Shown: positions 1-8,852 of the stretch, piece by piece | How positions within the stretch are numbered: position 1 is the first letter of the stretch | Layout of the letters: the number at the start of each line of letters is the position of its first letter | Assembly: GCA_964230605.1 (NCBI GenBank) | Contig: CAXRIN010000083.1 | Coordinates: 2,643-66,642 of the forward strand | Reading direction: 5' to 3' | Source: Flavobacteriaceae bacterium | Lineage (GTDB): Bacteria; Bacteroidota; Bacteroidia; Flavobacteriales_C; GCA-002722245 | Length of the DNA: 64,000 nt | Made by a program: the position numbers and the translations under genes | Notes under the pieces: generated by a model | The model's input: the letters and a program-made list of their open reading frames with translations, nothing else | Told to the model about the DNA's origin: nothing | Database searches by the model: none

Positions 1-410
1 CCCTCGGTTTCTAATTCTTTTATTAATTGCTCTCTAATGTCCGAGTTTGAAGGAATGTCGTCCAGTCCGAAACAAACAGCGTTAACGAATAAACCGCTTC
101 CACCAACTAATATTGCTGTGTTTTGTGTTTTATAAATTGATTGGAGTTTATCGATAACATCTTTTTCGAACTTTCCTGCAGTGTATTGCTCTTTGATCGA
201 CAGATGACCAACAAAATGATGTGGTATTCCATCCATTTCATCGGCGTTAGGCTTCGCAGTACCAATTTCCATTTCTTTGTAAAATTGGCGCGAATCGGCA
301 CTAAGTATTTCGCAATTAAAATATTTAGCCAATTTAATGCTAAGGCCAGTTTTTCCAATTGCGGTAGGGCCTACAATTACAATAAGTTTTTTTGAATTTT
401 GAGTAGACAA
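1..410 (-). CDS. miaA: tRNA dimethylallyltransferase, N-terminal part (gene runs off the left edge)
   Basis: Absent from the ORF track because the frame stays open to position 1. My translation from TTG at 410-408 reads LSTQNSKKLIVIVGPTAIGKTGLSIKLAKYFNCEILSADSRQFYKEMEIGTAKPNADEMDGIPHHF...ILVGGSGLF. The P-loop GPTAxGKT and the SADSRQ.Y..M.IGTAKP block are MiaA hallmarks. Confidence 0.85.
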   Translation of the reverse strand, partial: MSTQNSKKLIVIVGPTAIGKTGLSIKLAKYFNCEILSADSRQFYKEMEIGTAKPNADEMDGIPHHFVGHLSIKEQYTAGKFEKDVIDKLQSIYKTQNTAILVGGSGLFVNAVCFGLDDIPSNSDIREQLIKELETE

Positions 411-413
411 TTT

Positions 414-962
414 TTAGATGTCTAAATCATCGATGTTTTCAAAAGTAGGTTCATCATCATCTTCTTCATCGAAGTAATAATCACTTTTTCTTTGAGCATC
501 TTCTTCTTCATCTAAATCTCCAAACGAAATATCATCTAGTTTATTTACTTCTGGAGAATATTTTCCAACTTCTTTTAATAAAACAGGAACATCCTCTTTT
601 ATTTCAGTGTTTTCACCAATTCTTTCAATTTTGAATTTTTTAGGGAAAAGGAAGTCGTAAGTGAATTTGTAGTACTTAACATCACGCTCAACAGATTGTC
701 CGATTGTAAATTCTTGCATAAGGATGTTTACAGATTCGTGCTCCATTGTACCCATATCCATTAGGGTAATTTCAAGCCCTTCTTCCCAGTTTTCTGTACA
801 AGTGTAAAAACTTGCCATTTCTCCTTCTTTTAATCCATACGCATCAAGAATCGCGAAGTGAAAATCTTCCAAAGTCTTATCTTCTTGAATAAGAATATCT
901 CTGTAGATTTCTTCTTCATTACCTTCAATTACTGGTGAAACTCTGTAAACGTATGCTTTCAT
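414..962 (-). CDS. pRiA4b ORF-3-like (IS1096 TnpR-passenger-like) domain protein with acidic C-terminal tail
   Basis: 182-aa ORF. The N-terminal ~120 aa (YVYRVSP...IYRDILIQEDKTLEDFHFAILDAYGLKEGEMASFY) fit my memory of the PRiA4_ORF3 pattern. The last ~50 aa are strongly acidic. The stop lies 4 nt before the miaA start. Confidence 0.5.
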   Translation of the reverse strand: MKAYVYRVSPVIEGNEEEIYRDILIQEDKTLEDFHFAILDAYGLKEGEMASFYTCTENWEEGLEITLMDMGTMEHESVNILMQEFTIGQSVERDVKYYKFTYDFLFPKKFKIERIGENTEIKEDVPVLLKEVGKYSPEVNKLDDISFGDLDEEEDAQRKSDYYFDEEDDDEPTFENIDDLDI

Positions 963-1002
963 TTTGATGATTATTAGTATTACTCGGACAAATATGCGGA
1001 TT

Positions 1003-2421
1003 TTAGTTGATTTTCTTTACTAAAGTCAAACCAATTTCTTGTCCTTTTTTTTCCATGAATCTTAGGGCTGCATTTCTTTCATTAGGGATTTCTCCTTCTA
1101 ATATGGCTTCTTTAATAGCCTCTTTTATTTCCCCGATCTTCGGAGATGGCTTTAAATCAAAGGCTTCAATTATTTCACGGCCATCAATAGGAGGTTGGAA
1201 ATTTCTAACACTATCTCTTTCTTCAACGTCTTTAAGTTTTTGACGAACCAACTGGAAATTATTTAAATACTTTGCGACTTTTTGTTTGTTCTTGGATGTA
1301 ATATCAGCTTCGCATAAAGTCATTAAGTCATCAACATCGTCACCTGCATCAAAAAGTAATCGCCTAACAGCCGAATCTGTTACCACTTCTTGAGCTAAAA
1401 CTATTGGACGTAAATGAAGATTGACTAATTTCTGAACATACTTCATTTTATGATCTAATGGAAGTTTTAGCCTTTTGAAAATCTTAGGCACCCATTTCGC
1501 TCCTAAAGGTTCGTGACCATGGAAAGTCCATCCAGCTTTTTCTTCAAATCGTTGAGTTGCAGGTTTGGCAATATCATGTAGCAGCGCAGCCCATCTAAGC
1601 CATAAGTTATTTGTGTTGTTAGAGATGTTGTCAACAACTTGTAAAGTATGGTAGAAATTATCTTTATGTCTTAATCCGTTTCTTTCCTTTACACCTTGAA
1701 GTTTTACCATTTCTGGAAAGAATTGATGCAATAAGTTAGTGTTAAAAAGAAGCTTTAAACCAATTGAAGGCGTAGGAGAGAGCATGATTTTGTTAAACTC
1801 GTCCATTATTCTTTCAACCGAAACAATATTTAATCTTTCTGCATTTCTTTTGATTGCATTAAAAGATTCTTCTTCAATTTGGAAGTTTAATTGAGTTGCA
1901 AATCTAATTGCTCGCATCATTCTTAAAGGATCGTCACTGTATGTGATATCGGGGTCTAAAGGGGTGATTAAACGTTTTTCGTTCATGTCCTTTATTCCAC
2001 CAAATGGATCTATTAGCTCGCCGTAAGAATCTTTTTGCAGACTTAATGCTAGTGCGTTTATGGTAAAATCTCTTCTGTCTTGATCTTCTTTTAAAGTACC
2101 ATCTTCTACAATGGGTTTTCTTGAATTACGATCGTAAGATTCTTTTCGAGCTCCAACGAATTCAATTTCTAAACCTTTATAATTAAAAGCTGCGGTACCA
2201 AAAGATTTGAAAACTGCTACTTTGGGATTTCCAATTTTTTTAGCTGTAGCTAACGCTAAATTTATACCTTTTCCTTCAACAACAATGTCGATGTCTTTAG
2301 ATGGCCGTTTTAAATATAAATCTCGAACATAACCACCTATAACAAACGCTCTGACATTTAATTCAGCAGCGGTTTCCGAAACAATTTCGAATATTTTATG
2401 ATTTAATAAATCTTTACTCAA
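1003..2421 (-). CDS. cca: CCA-adding enzyme / poly(A) polymerase-family tRNA nucleotidyltransferase with HD domain
   Basis: 472-aa ORF. It has a nucleotidyltransferase head ([24 protein letters not shown]) and an HD region (LLHDIAKP...FHGHE). Confidence 0.75.
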   Translation of the reverse strand: MSKDLLNHKIFEIVSETAAELNVRAFVIGGYVRDLYLKRPSKDIDIVVEGKGINLALATAKKIGNPKVAVFKSFGTAAFNYKGLEIEFVGARKESYDRNSRKPIVEDGTLKEDQDRRDFTINALALSLQKDSYGELIDPFGGIKDMNEKRLITPLDPDITYSDDPLRMMRAIRFATQLNFQIEEESFNAIKRNAERLNIVSVERIMDEFNKIMLSPTPSIGLKLLFNTNLLHQFFPEMVKLQGVKERNGLRHKDNFYHTLQVVDNISNNTNNLWLRWAALLHDIAKPATQRFEEKAGWTFHGHEPLGAKWVPKIFKRLKLPLDHKMKYVQKLVNLHLRPIVLAQEVVTDSAVRRLLFDAGDDVDDLMTLCEADITSKNKQKVAKYLNNFQLVRQKLKDVEERDSVRNFQPPIDGREIIEAFDLKPSPKIGEIKEAIKEAILEGEIPNERNAALRFMEKKGQEIGLTLVKKIN

Positions 2422-2979
2422 TTAAGCTCTAATTATTTCAACGTTTCCATCTGTTATTTTGACAATTCTTGATGGAATGGAAGAAGGTTTGAATTCAGAT
2501 TGCAAATCTAACGTATAATCAACTGCTTCCAAAATGCAAGGATCAACATCTTTTAATGATATTGCGGTTGGTTTTCCTGTGATGTTAGCCGATGTTGAAA
2601 TTATTGGTGAGCCAAACATTGAAATCAACTTTTTAATCTCTGGGTGTTGTGTAATTCTGAAAGCTAAACTTCCATCTTCAGCCATTAAGGATTTAGGTAA
2701 GTTCTTAACGTCGGATAAAATTACAGTTGTTGGATGTATATCATTCAATAATTCTTTTTCTGATGGAGATAAACGATTAACAAACTGTTCAATCATTTTC
2801 TCAGAATCAACTAATACTATAAATGACTTGTTTTTTGGTCGCTGCTTTATATTATAAATTCTTTCAATTTGACTTTCCTCAAAAGCAGAACAACTTATGC
2901 CGTAAACAGTTTCGGTTGGAGCTAAAATAACCCCTGGTTTGTTTAATGTTTCAAGTGCTTTTCCCAGCCTTTTGTCCAT
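2422..2979 (-). CDS. tsaC: L-threonylcarbamoyladenylate synthase (TsaC/YrdC/Sua5 domain)
   Basis: 185-aa ORF abutting cca. YrdC-type motifs are present (PTETVYGI, KQRPKNKSFIVLV, STSANITGKP). Confidence 0.8.
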   Translation of the reverse strand: MDKRLGKALETLNKPGVILAPTETVYGISCSAFEESQIERIYNIKQRPKNKSFIVLVDSEKMIEQFVNRLSPSEKELLNDIHPTTVILSDVKNLPKSLMAEDGSLAFRITQHPEIKKLISMFGSPIISTSANITGKPTAISLKDVDPCILEAVDYTLDLQSEFKPSSIPSRIVKITDGNVEIIRA

Positions 2980-3004
2980 TTTGTAAAATTAGGCAAAGAA
3001 AACT

Positions 3005-3220
3005 TTAGATAGATAACATTGTTGTTTGAGAACCGATATTATCGTTTACTTCTTGAATAAGGAAATTACCCGTTTTATTAGTTAGGAAATGAAGAGCTTC
3101 TTTAAAAGATGGAAGAGACCCTAGGATTTTTTGGTTTTGAATAACAACGAAAGAACTTCCAAACTTTTTTTGGTGATCCGATTGGTTGTTTAGATAATAT
3201 TCAAAATCTTTTTCTAACAT
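3005..3220 (-). CDS. small hypothetical protein
   Basis: 71-aa ORF in an otherwise empty gap. I recognise no motif with confidence. Confidence 0.3.
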   Translation of the reverse strand: MLEKDFEYYLNNQSDHQKKFGSSFVVIQNQKILGSLPSFKEALHFLTNKTGNFLIQEVNDNIGSQTTMLSI

Positions 3221-3264
3221 TGTAACTTAACACGTATGACCTTAAATACGGCTATTTTCGATAG

Positions 3265-3642
3265 ATGTTGCAACGAATTTCAAAAATCATACTTTTAAGC
3301 TGTTTCACTTTAGTTTCTTGTGAAGACTCAGATAATCTAGATGAAGTCATTAATGATACATGGCAATTGGAGTGGAAAATGTGTGGTGTATTCCAAAACT
3401 ATTACTCAGCGAAAATTCATTTTGAAATAACGGACACTTCTAATTACTGCTGGTATAAGGAGCAAAATGCTGACACTGTTTATTTTGAAACAACAGTGAT
3501 TGATAACCAAACTTTATTGCTCCAAAATAGTTCGGATGAACATTGGAAAGGAGAGATGAAGGTGCTGGATTTTACATCAAAACGACTTGATTTAGAGAGG
3601 AGTAATAAAGAATGTGAACATGAACTGTACAGGTTCAAATAG
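3265..3642 (+). CDS. hypothetical lipoprotein
   Basis: 125-aa ORF. The N-terminal hydrophobic segment ends in LVSC, a lipobox-like Cys. Confidence 0.45.
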   Translation: MLQRISKIILLSCFTLVSCEDSDNLDEVINDTWQLEWKMCGVFQNYYSAKIHFEITDTSNYCWYKEQNADTVYFETTVIDNQTLLLQNSSDEHWKGEMKVLDFTSKRLDLERSNKECEHELYRFK

Positions 3643-3672
3643 TTTGGTTTAGATCTTGTTAACTGTGATGTT

Positions 3673-4272
3673 ATGAAGTTGAAAGTTTTATTATATCTCG
3701 TATTTATTTCCACAGCAGTATTCTCTCAAACTCCTAGAGATCAATCAATTTTCAAAAACAAAATTTGGAATGTAGTTGTTGTAAACGAAAATGAGCAGTC
3801 TTTTTTTGATTCAACCGGTACATATCTTGGTAGTAAATTTGAAGACTCCAAAGCAGTTGTTTACAAGGATAAATGGCAACGAACAATTCGAAGGTATAAT
3901 AAAGAAACAGTTAAGCAACCAGTAGCAGTAAAGAAGAAACCATCTAAAAAGGTAAAATCTCCTAAAGAAAATAATAGAAGAGCTAACCAAACTATAGTTA
4001 GAAGAAATAAAGCAACCTTCTATGATGGAAATGGTGTTGTTGTAAGAACGGCACGAAGAAGAAAAAATAAAGTTTATTTTCATGATTCAAAAGGAGGTTT
4101 GATAGGATATAAGATTTATAATTCTGATGGGTCTAAAACTTATAAGGATCCCCAAGGTAGAACTACAGGTGTAAGCCATATTGATAAAACAGGGAGGATG
4201 ATTTATTCTCAGGAGAATAGAGGTAGACAAACTCCAAGCGTTTTATTTGAAGATCCTTTTTTATTTCGATAG
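3673..4272 (+). CDS. secreted, very basic hypothetical protein with degenerate Y-x-D-x-x-G repeats
   Basis: 199-aa ORF with signal peptide (VFISTAVFSQ), a K/R-rich centre and recurring FYDGNGVV / FHDSKGGL / YNSDGSKTY / IDKTGRMIY units. Confidence 0.45.
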   Translation: MKLKVLLYLVFISTAVFSQTPRDQSIFKNKIWNVVVVNENEQSFFDSTGTYLGSKFEDSKAVVYKDKWQRTIRRYNKETVKQPVAVKKKPSKKVKSPKENNRRANQTIVRRNKATFYDGNGVVVRTARRRKNKVYFHDSKGGLIGYKIYNSDGSKTYKDPQGRTTGVSHIDKTGRMIYSQENRGRQTPSVLFEDPFLFR

Positions 4273-4338
4273 ATTTATTTTGAAGATTATGGAGGTGTGA
4301 TCGTTTTTACGAATCTCAACTACCTAATTTTATAAGAT

Positions 4339-4478
4339 TGTAGTGGCCTATGAGAATAGGCCATAAATAACAGTTTTGTGAAAAATGATGAATTTCATAT
4401 GCAATTAGAAGTATCCTTTACAATTTAAAGAATACAGATGTTTAATTTTTTTATGGCCGATTTTCATCGGCCACTACA
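4339..4478. repeat. 140-bp element bounded by 26-bp terminal inverted repeats, each containing a GGCC-stem hairpin
   Basis: Left arm is tgtagtggcctatgagaataggccat (4339-4364). The reverse complement of the right arm (4453-4478) is tgtagtggccgatgaaaatcggccat. Identity is 23/26; two differences are a compensatory stem pair and one lies in the loop. Confidence 0.7.
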
Positions 4479-4591
4479 GATTTGCTAGAATTCAGAAGTG
4501 AAGTAAATGATATTTAGAGGAGAAAGCCTCCTAAAGGCTTTCGGGCAGGTTGAACTTTACTTCTGGATTTGCTAGAATTCAGAAGTGAAGT
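4479..4591. repeat. 26-bp perfect direct repeat (4479-4504 and 4566-4591) duplicating the prfC 3' end, flanking a 61-bp insert with a stem-loop
   Basis: gatttgctagaattcagaagtgaagt occurs twice. The second copy holds the last prfC codons (..FTSEF) and the stop. The insert carries the hairpin gaaagcct-cctaa-aggctttc (4522-4542). Confidence 0.85.
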
Positions 4592-6155
4592 GAAACTCAA
4601 TATCAGTATACTTTTCTTGAGCCATATTTAAAGAATATTGAGAGTCCGCCAAAAACACATCACGTCCATCTTTGTCCTTTGCAAGATTATGAAGTTTACG
4701 CATTTTAAAATCTTTTAATTGATCCTCATTCTCACTTGTAAACCAACATGCTTTGTAAAGATTAATAGGCTCGTAACGACATTTTGCGTTGTATTCATGT
4801 TCTAATCTATATTGAATAACCTCGTATTGAAGTTGTCCAACTGTACCAATAATCTTTCTGTTGTTATCTACTTTAGTAAATAACTGCGCAACACCTTCAT
4901 CCATTAATTGATCTACACCCTTATTAAGCTGTTTTGCTTTTAACGGATCAGCGTTTTCAATGTATTTAAATTGTTCAGGGGAGAAAGATGGAATTCCACT
5001 GTACATAAAGGCTTCACCTTCCGTGAGTGTATCACCAATTTTAAAGTTTCCCGAATCATATAAACCAACAATGTCTCCTGCGTAAGCCTCTTCAACAACA
5101 CTTTTCTTTGACGCCATGAATGCAGTTGGGTTGCTGAATTTTAATTTCTTGCCATTTCTAACGTGTAAATAGTTGGTATTACGCTGGAATTTACCTGAAA
5201 CAATTTTCACGAAAGCTAAACGGTCTCTGTGATTAGGATCCATGTTGGCATGTATTTTAAACACAAAACCCGAGAATTTTTCCTCGTAAGGTTCTATAAC
5301 ACGTAAATCAGATTCTTTAGGTTGGGGTTTAGGAGCGATTCTTACGAAACAATTTAGTAATTCTTGAACACCAAAATTGTTTAGAGCAGATCCAAAGAAA
5401 ACAGGAGAAACTTGTCCTGCTAAATATTTTTCATTCGTGTATTCTGGATATACCGTTTCAATCAATTCCAATTCGTCTCTTAGCGTACTAGCTGGATCAG
5501 CTCCAATTATTTTATCAAGCTCAGGAGAATTTACGTCTTCAATACTAATTGATTCTGAAATTTCAGTTTTATTCTCCGCAGAAAATAGGTTCAAGTCTTT
5601 TTCAAATAGATTATAAACACCTTGGAATTCATCTCCTTGTCCTATTGGCCAAGAAAGTGGATGAACATGTATTCCTAATTTTTGTTCAACTTCATCTAAC
5701 AAATCAAACGCGTCTTTACCGTATCGGTCCAACTTGTTGATAAATACGATAATAGGTGTGTCCCTCATTTTACAAACCTCAACTAGCTTTTCAGTTTGAG
5801 CCTCAACACCTTTTGCAACATCAATAACAACAATTACGGAGTCCGCCGCAGTCAATGTTCTATATGTGTCTTCTGCAAAATCCTTGTGACCTGGAGTATC
5901 AAGAATATTAATTTTTAATCCATTGTATTTGAATCCCATAACAGAAGTAGCAACAGAGATCCCTCTTTGTTTTTCAATCTCCATGAAATCGGAAGTAGCT
6001 GTTTTTTTTATTTTATTAGATTTAACAGCTCCCGCAGTTTGAATGGCTCCTCCAAAAAGTAACAACTTTTCAGTTAGAGTTGTTTTACCTGCATCGGGGT
6101 GTGAAATAATAGCAAACGTTCTTCTTAAATCGATTTCCTCCTGTAATTTAGACAT
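4572..6155 (-). CDS. prfC: peptide chain release factor 3
   Basis: GTPase motifs [23 protein letters not shown] and NKLD, with RF3-like length. The track's TTG start (6179) lies inside a TACCTTTG -7 box, so I prefer ATG at 6155 (MSKLQEE). Confidence 0.9.
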   Translation of the reverse strand: MSKLQEEIDLRRTFAIISHPDAGKTTLTEKLLLFGGAIQTAGAVKSNKIKKTATSDFMEIEKQRGISVATSVMGFKYNGLKINILDTPGHKDFAEDTYRTLTAADSVIVVIDVAKGVEAQTEKLVEVCKMRDTPIIVFINKLDRYGKDAFDLLDEVEQKLGIHVHPLSWPIGQGDEFQGVYNLFEKDLNLFSAENKTEISESISIEDVNSPELDKIIGADPASTLRDELELIETVYPEYTNEKYLAGQVSPVFFGSALNNFGVQELLNCFVRIAPKPQPKESDLRVIEPYEEKFSGFVFKIHANMDPNHRDRLAFVKIVSGKFQRNTNYLHVRNGKKLKFSNPTAFMASKKSVVEEAYAGDIVGLYDSGNFKIGDTLTEGEAFMYSGIPSFSPEQFKYIENADPLKAKQLNKGVDQLMDEGVAQLFTKVDNNRKIIGTVGQLQYEVIQYRLEHEYNAKCRYEPINLYKACWFTSENEDQLKDFKMRKLHNLAKDKDGRDVFLADSQYSLNMAQEKYTDIEFHFTSEF

Positions 6156-6176
6156 GCTCTTGATTTTTGCGGACAG

Positions 6177-6184
6177 CAAAGGTA
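6177..6184 (-). promoter_or_regulatory. candidate -7 promoter box TACCTTTG (TAnnTTTG) for prfC
   Basis: Perfect match to the Bacteroidota sigma-A -7 consensus, ~21 nt upstream of the prfC ATG. Confidence 0.45.
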
Positions 6185-6203
6185 CTAACTAAGTATGATT
6201 AAT

Positions 6204-6211
6204 TATTTTTG
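6204..6211 (+). promoter_or_regulatory. candidate -7 promoter box TATTTTTG for nth
   Basis: Perfect TAnnTTTG match ending 4 nt before the nth ATG (6216). Confidence 0.45.
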
Positions 6212-6215
6212 AATC

Positions 6216-6845
6216 ATGAAAAAAGCAGAGAAAGTTCTTGATATTATTAATATTCTTCAATCTGAATTTCCCAACCCGCCTGTTCCGTTAGATCACAAAG
6301 ATGATTATACATTATTAATCGCTGTTTTACTTTCTGCTCAATGTACTGATGAGCGAGTGAATCAAATTACACCGTTGCTTTTTGCTAAAGCTGATAACCC
6401 GAAACAAATGTTAACGTTGACGGTTGAAGAGATCAGAAAAATAATAAAGCCTTGTGGTTTGTCTCCTAGAAAATCGAAGGCTATTTATGAGCTTTCTCAG
6501 ATTTTAATGGATAAACATGGGGGCAAGGTGCCGCAGTCTTTTGAAGAGTTAGAAGAGTTACCTGGAGTAGGGCATAAAACAGCATCTGTTGTGATGGCTC
6601 AAGCCTTTAATGTTCCTGCTTTTCCTGTTGATACTCATATCCATAGACTGATGTATAGATGGGGATTAACCAATGGGAAAAATGTTGAGCAAACAGAAAA
6701 AGATGCGAAGCGTTTATTCCCTAGAGAATTATGGAATGAGCTGCATTTACAAATTATATTCTTTGGTAGAAAATATTGCCCAGCAAGAGGTCACAAAGTA
6801 GAGGAGTGTCCAATTTGTTCAAAATATGCTAGAAAAGGAATATAG
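6216..6845 (+). CDS. nth: endonuclease III (HhH-GPD DNA glycosylase/AP lyase)
   Basis: 209-aa ORF with helix-hairpin-helix LPGVGHKTASVVM, a catalytic-Lys context and the DTH motif. The C-terminal Cys cluster is atypical (see findings). Confidence 0.85.
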   Translation: MKKAEKVLDIINILQSEFPNPPVPLDHKDDYTLLIAVLLSAQCTDERVNQITPLLFAKADNPKQMLTLTVEEIRKIIKPCGLSPRKSKAIYELSQILMDKHGGKVPQSFEELEELPGVGHKTASVVMAQAFNVPAFPVDTHIHRLMYRWGLTNGKNVEQTEKDAKRLFPRELWNELHLQIIFFGRKYCPARGHKVEECPICSKYARKGI

Positions 6846-6847
6846 TT

Positions 6848-7843
6848 TTATTTCCCTAGTTTAATGATTCCTTTAATAGACAATACATTCAAAGGGAATT
6901 CTAAGAGTACGTGCAGAAAGCTTAAGAAAAATAAAGCAGTAAAACCTACTCGGTAATCGTAAAAGTAAAGAGCAACAGAAGCTATCCAAAGTGAAATTAT
7001 AATTGCAGTTGACTTTATATTTAATGCTTTTTTCCAGCCAATTATTGATGTTTTGGAAAACCAATTTAAATAATGGTATGTGTATGCAAATGCAATAAAA
7101 ATTTGCACTTTAATTACAGCGCCACTTATTAAGTTTAGGTTTCCATTGTCGATTAAATTTAAATATTCAGCAATTTTGGCAACAACATTAATCATCCCAC
7201 TTTTTACAAAAGTTTGAAAAGTATCTTGAGTCAATTTATAGGTGTCATTAGGGATTTCAAGCGATAAAATAATTGCTGGAGTAATTAGTAGTGTAGCCGA
7301 AAGGATATAACCAGGTTTGCTCTTTGCTTTTATGGCACCGTAAAGAATAAACAGAAGGGTGAAGAGGAACACATGAAACAAGGTTGGTATGAACATGCCT
7401 ATGAATAGCATCGAATTTGGAATTCCTTCACCAATGAAAAGAGTTGCGATTAGAGCCTTAATAAATGCGGTTAATATTTGTTTTTTCTTCTTTAGCAGAA
7501 TAAGAGATATACTCAGAATGAAACTTATAAGTAGTCCATGATTACTATACTTATGTATTAAAGCAAGTAGCTTACTAGTTGGTTTGGATAATTCTAATTC
7601 GAAAAAACCGACAATAGGATTAATGGATATAACTATGCTCGAAGCTATTAATACCCAAATCCATTTTTTGTGGTCTTTTATAAAGTATTGCTTGTCATTA
7701 AGCCAGTTAATCTCTGTTAGATAATGCAATGGCCCCAAAACGGCATAAGAAAATAGGAATAGTTTAAAAGGCAAGTATATTGCTAATAATAAAGAGAGAA
7801 CTACCAACCCTATATTCAGGATGTCGATGTTTTGAGTTTTCAA
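6848..7843 (-). CDS. polytopic integral membrane protein, unknown function
   Basis: 331-aa ORF with about 9-10 hydrophobic segments. Its start overlaps the ldhA stop by 4 nt. Confidence 0.5.
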   Translation of the reverse strand: MKTQNIDILNIGLVVLSLLLAIYLPFKLFLFSYAVLGPLHYLTEINWLNDKQYFIKDHKKWIWVLIASSIVISINPIVGFFELELSKPTSKLLALIHKYSNHGLLISFILSISLILLKKKKQILTAFIKALIATLFIGEGIPNSMLFIGMFIPTLFHVFLFTLLFILYGAIKAKSKPGYILSATLLITPAIILSLEIPNDTYKLTQDTFQTFVKSGMINVVAKIAEYLNLIDNGNLNLISGAVIKVQIFIAFAYTYHYLNWFSKTSIIGWKKALNIKSTAIIISLWIASVALYFYDYRVGFTALFFLSFLHVLLEFPLNVLSIKGIIKLGK

Positions 7844-8823
7844 ACTAATTTATTTACTGTATTTATTCCATTCATAAAATCATCAGCATTTTTCAAAGTC
7901 GTTGAAGCAATTTCATAAAGGGCTTCGTTTGTAAAAAATCCTTGGTGAGCTGTGATTAAAACATTTGGAAAAGTTGTTAATCTCGCGATTTCATCGTCGT
8001 TGATAATAGTTTCGGAAAGATCTTTGAAAAATAGATGCTCTTCTTGTTCGTAAACATCAATTCCTAGGTATCCTAATTTTTTGGATTTCAATGCGCCTAT
8101 TACTGCTGAAGTTTCGATTAAAGCACCTCTTGAGGTATTGATAAGCATAACTCCATCTTTCATCAGGTTCAAAGTATCTTTATTGATAAGATGTTTTGTT
8201 TCATTGTTTAAAGGACAATGAAGTGAAATTATATCAGATTTACTTATGACTTCTTTAATTGGTAAGTATTTTATTCCTGCTGCTTTTAGCTCTGGGCTTT
8301 CTTCAAGATCAAAAGCAATAATTTTCGCCCCGAACCCGAGCATTATTTTACAAAATACGGCACCTATTTTTCCCGTGCCAATTACTCCAACTGTCTTATT
8401 TACAATATCAAATCCTTGTAATTTTTCTAACGAAAAATTTCCTTCTCTAATTCGGTTAAAGGCTTTGTGTGTTTTTCTATTTAATGTTTGAATTAATGCT
8501 ATAGCGTGTTCGGCCACGGCGTTTGGAGAATAGGCGGGGACCCGAAAAACAGACAGTCCTAATTCTTTAGCTTCTTTTAAATCAACATTATTAAATCCGG
8601 CACAACGAAGAAGAATACATTTTATACCATAATCCTTAAGTTTTTTAAGGATATCCGCATTCAAATCATCATTTACAAAAACACAAACAGCATCAAATTC
8701 TTTGGCTAGCTTAACAGAACTTACGCTTAAATTCTCAGTGAAATACGTGAGGTCATGATTGCTTTTAAGAGCATCAAATGATTTTGAATCATAACTCTGA
8801 CTACTAAAAAATGCAATTTTCAT
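7840..8823 (-). CDS. ldhA: D-lactate dehydrogenase / D-isomer-specific 2-hydroxyacid dehydrogenase
   Basis: Contains LRCAGFNNVDL, RVPAYSPNAVAEH, NAD-binding VGVIGTGKIG and NTSRG. It is collinear by eye with E. coli LdhA. Confidence 0.8.
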   Translation of the reverse strand: MKIAFFSSQSYDSKSFDALKSNHDLTYFTENLSVSSVKLAKEFDAVCVFVNDDLNADILKKLKDYGIKCILLRCAGFNNVDLKEAKELGLSVFRVPAYSPNAVAEHAIALIQTLNRKTHKAFNRIREGNFSLEKLQGFDIVNKTVGVIGTGKIGAVFCKIMLGFGAKIIAFDLEESPELKAAGIKYLPIKEVISKSDIISLHCPLNNETKHLINKDTLNLMKDGVMLINTSRGALIETSAVIGALKSKKLGYLGIDVYEQEEHLFFKDLSETIINDDEIARLTTFPNVLITAHQGFFTNEALYEIASTTLKNADDFMNGINTVNKLV

Positions 8824-8852
8824 TTCTCTTTGATAAATTGATTAACGACTGA

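Noticed and set aside
6156-6179. Longest-ORF TTG/GTG starts for prfC (6179), folP (17074), GH20 (39034), GT1 (57874) and gatB::aspS (52210).
   Set aside because: In each case the alternative start lies inside a TAnnTTTG box or a repeat array. A downstream start gives an N-terminus that matches the family or a proper signal peptide. That downstream start is an ATG in four cases and a second TTG at 57895 for GT1.
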